A DNA stretch of 64,000 bases from Acidimicrobiia bacterium (lineage in GTDB: Bacteria; Actinomycetota; Acidimicrobiia; IMCC26256; BP-133), in NCBI GenBank assembly GCA_044867425.1, contig JBIOUX010000167.1, forward strand, positions 20,365 through 84,364, in the 5' to 3' direction. The notes under the pieces were generated by a model. It was not told where the DNA came from. It did not search any database and saw only the letters and a program-made list of their open reading frames with translations. The position numbers and the translations under genes are program-made. Shown piece after piece: positions 61,388 to 64,000 of the stretch (position 1 is its first letter; each line of letters opens with the position of its first letter).

Positions 61388-62745
61388 GCCCCCCCAAAGA
61401 GCGCCCGCCGCTGTGGAACCGGGATGTGGTCGAGGACATCTGGACGAAGGCGACGCTCGGGCGCTACCGCATCCAGGGCGGCGCCACCCGGCTCCGGGTG
61501 CCCTGCTTCGACGACCTGACCTTCGTGCCCTGCACGCTGTCGCGCCTTCCCCTCGAGGGGTACCGGGAGCGCTGCGAGACCCGGACCGTCCTCGGCGACC
61601 GGTGTGCTTCCAAGCCGATCGTGCTCGAGCGGCCGATCACCATTACGGGCATGTCGTACGGCGCCTTGTCCAAGACCGCCAAGACGGCGCTGGGAACGGC
61701 CGCCACCAGGCTCGGGATCTCCACCACCACCGGCGACGGCGGCATGCTGGCGGAGGAGCGCGCCGCCTCCCACCTCCTCGTCTACCAGGTGCTGCCCAGC
61801 CGCTACGGGTTCGACCCCGCCCACCTCAAGATGGCCGATGCCATCGAGGTCGTGGTGGGCCAGGGCGCCAAGCCGGGGACGGGCGGCCTCCTCCTCGGGG
61901 CCAAGGTCTCTCCCGTCATCGCCGAGCAGCGCACGCTGCCAGAAGGCGTCGACCAGCGCAGCCCCGTCCGGCATCCCGACTTCATCGGCCCCGACGACCT
62001 CCAGATCAAGATCGAGGAGCTGCGGGAGGCAACCAATTGGGAGAAGCCCATCTACGTCAAGATGGGCGCCAGCCGGGTGGCCGACGACATCAAGCTGGCC
62101 GTCAAGGCCGGAGCCGACGTCATCGTCCTCGACGGCCTCGAGGGCGCCACCGGTGCCTCCCCCGAGATCCTCCTCGACCACACCGCCATCCCGACGATGA
62201 GCGCACTGGTCGAGGCGGTGCGGGCCCTGGAGGAGCTGCGGGTGCTGGGAGAGGTCCAGCTCGTCGTCTCCGGCGGGATCAAGCACGGTGCCGACGCCGC
62301 CAAAGCGCTGGCCCTCGGCGCTGACGCCGTCTCGATCGGCACCGCCGCTCTCACGGCCATGGGCGCCGACGCTCCCCGCTACGCCGACGAGTATCACCGG
62401 CTCGGCTACGAGCCGGGCGACGGCTCCATCTGGCACACCGGGCTGGATCCGACGGGGATCGCCACCCAGGAGCCGGAGCTCGAGGCCCGCCTCGACCTGG
62501 AGCAGGCGGCCGATCGGGTCTTCAACTTCGTCTCCGCCATGACCATGGAGTTGCAGATGCTGGCCCGGGCCTGCGGCAAGGCCGACGTCCATGATCTCGA
62601 GCCGGAGGACCTGCGGGCCCTCACCCTGGAAGCCTCCATCATCACCGGCATCCCCCTGGCCGGCACCGACTTCGTGCTCACGCCGGACGCCATCGCCCAG
62701 CGGGTGGTGGAGCTCCTCAGCAAGGACGGGCGCGACGAGGTCTGA
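61384..62745 (+). CDS. mgsC: FMN-binding glutamate-synthase-family N-methylglutamate synthase subunit C (GlxD-like)
   Basis: GMSYGALS, TTGDGG, GQGAKPGTGG, VYVKMG, SGGI..GADAAKALALGAD. Confidence 0.85.
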   Translation: MSPPKERPPLWNRDVVEDIWTKATLGRYRIQGGATRLRVPCFDDLTFVPCTLSRLPLEGYRERCETRTVLGDRCASKPIVLERPITITGMSYGALSKTAKTALGTAATRLGISTTTGDGGMLAEERAASHLLVYQVLPSRYGFDPAHLKMADAIEVVVGQGAKPGTGGLLLGAKVSPVIAEQRTLPEGVDQRSPVRHPDFIGPDDLQIKIEELREATNWEKPIYVKMGASRVADDIKLAVKAGADVIVLDGLEGATGASPEILLDHTAIPTMSALVEAVRALEELRVLGEVQLVVSGGIKHGADAAKALALGADAVSIGTAALTAMGADAPRYADEYHRLGYEPGDGSIWHTGLDPTGIATQEPELEARLDLEQAADRVFNFVSAMTMELQMLARACGKADVHDLEPEDLRALTLEASIITGIPLAGTDFVLTPDAIAQRVVELLSKDGRDEV

Positions 62746-62749
62746 GCGG

Positions 62750-63994
62750 ATGCGCTACTCGGCCCTCGGTTTGATCCGCCACGGCCTGACGGGCGAGGAC
62801 TGGCCCCGGGCGTGGCGGACCCACGACCTGGCCCCCGCCTACGACGTGGTCATCGTCGGCGCCGGAGTGCACGGGCTGGCCACCGCCTACTCGCTGGCCG
62901 CCGGCCACGGCATCACCCGGGTGGCGGTGGTGGATCGGGGTTACGTGGGCGGCGGCGCCTCGGGCCGCAACACCGCCATCCTCCGCTCCAACTACCTCAC
63001 CCCCGAGGGGGTGGCGTTCTATGACCGGTCCCTCAAGCTCTACGAGGACCTGGCGGCCGAGCTCAACTTCAACGTGATGTTCTCCCAGCGGGGGCATCTC
63101 ACCCTGGCCCACAACGACACCTCATTGCGGACCATGCGCTGGCGGGCCGAGGTCAACAAGCTCTGCGGGGTCGACTCCGAGGTCATCGGACCGGCGGAGA
63201 TCAAGGCCCTCGTCCCCTTCATGGACACCTCCGAGCGAACCCGCTATCCCATCCTGGGCGCCCTCTACCATCCGCCGGGCGGGATCATCCGCCACGACGC
63301 CGTCAACTGGGGCTACGCCCGGGGCGCCGACGCCCTCGGCGTCCACATCCACCAGAACACCGAGGTGACGGGCATCGACGTGGCCGGCGGCCGGGTGCGG
63401 GGCGTGCACACCACCCGGGGCCCCATCGCCGCCCCGGTGGTGGTGAACTGCACGGCGGGCTGGGCGTCGCTCATCGCTTCCATGGCCGGGGTGGATCTGC
63501 CCATCACCACCCACCCCTTGCAGGCGGCGGTGACCGAGCCGGTGAAGATGTTCCTGGGGACGGTGGTCGTCTCGGGCACCCTCCACGTCTACGTGAGCCA
63601 GACCGACCGGGGCGAGGTCGTCTTCGGGGCCAGCGTCGATCCCTTCTCCTCCTACTCGATGCGGGCCTCGCTCGAGTTCCTGGAGGAGGTGGCCGGCCAC
63701 GTCCTCCAGCTCATGCCCGGGATGGCCCAGCTGCGGGTGCTGCGCCAGTGGGCGGGCCTGTGCGACATGACGCCCGACTTCTCGCCCATCATCGGCCCCA
63801 CACCGGTGGAGGGGTTCGTGGTCGACGTGGGCTGGGGCACCTACGGGTTCAAGGCCGGGCCGGCGGCCGGCGAGGCGGTGGCCGAGCTCGTGGCCACCGG
63901 CCGGGTCCCCGACCTCATCGCCGGCTTCGGCCTGGACCGCTTCGGCGCCGGCCGCCTGGTGGGGGAGAAGGGCGCGGCGGCGGTGGGCCACTGA
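62750..63994 (+). CDS. Sarcosine oxidase beta / N-methylglutamate dehydrogenase subunit A-like flavoprotein
   Basis: YDVVIVGAGVHGLATAY, GRNTAILRSNY, RHDAVNWGYA, WGTYGFKAGP, EKGAAAVGH. Confidence 0.88.
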   Translation: MRYSALGLIRHGLTGEDWPRAWRTHDLAPAYDVVIVGAGVHGLATAYSLAAGHGITRVAVVDRGYVGGGASGRNTAILRSNYLTPEGVAFYDRSLKLYEDLAAELNFNVMFSQRGHLTLAHNDTSLRTMRWRAEVNKLCGVDSEVIGPAEIKALVPFMDTSERTRYPILGALYHPPGGIIRHDAVNWGYARGADALGVHIHQNTEVTGIDVAGGRVRGVHTTRGPIAAPVVVNCTAGWASLIASMAGVDLPITTHPLQAAVTEPVKMFLGTVVVSGTLHVYVSQTDRGEVVFGASVDPFSSYSMRASLEFLEEVAGHVLQLMPGMAQLRVLRQWAGLCDMTPDFSPIIGPTPVEGFVVDVGWGTYGFKAGPAAGEAVAELVATGRVPDLIAGFGLDRFGAGRLVGEKGAAAVGH

Positions 63995-64000
63995 GGCCGT

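Overview
High-GC actinobacterial chromosome segment; gene content suggests Acidimicrobiia (inference). 1-37.2 kb is mostly core: rnj (5'-truncated), ftsK, rimO-pgsA-cinA-thpR, recA, spoVS, miaB-miaA-dapF-hflX-dapC-dapD-dapE-helD-like, lexA/nrdR and a B12-dependent nrdJ. Inserted among these are an FAD-oxidoreductase/ADC-like fusion, an LPXTG protein and a split Tat amidase. 37.2-64 kb is more accessory: a truncated transposase-like gene, a cupredoxin, hrpA, a pabB/trpE-like gene, cobT-cbtBA, a beta-propeller lipoprotein, an orphan HTH, a kinase-less LuxR/REC-sulfotransferase cluster and the N-methylglutamate (gmaS, mgsABC, mgdA-like) genes. Four inteins are present (one in RecA, three in NrdJ). 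Most unusual observations: (1) a ~27-nt palindromic repeat (core CGGGG-TGT-CCCCG) found repeatedly in frame inside coding sequences; (2) a 58-bp repeat at three gene junctions that opens a mini-ORF (MALRLAAHR...) whose stop overlaps the next gene's start and whose hairpin shows a compensatory change; (3) non-host codon patches at intein-free conserved sites of recA and nrdJ; (4) a densely structured intergenic region at 48.66-48.90 kb with complementary G6/C6 loops. No tRNA, rRNA or CRISPR array was recognised. All protein calls come from motif recognition by eye; no database search was run.
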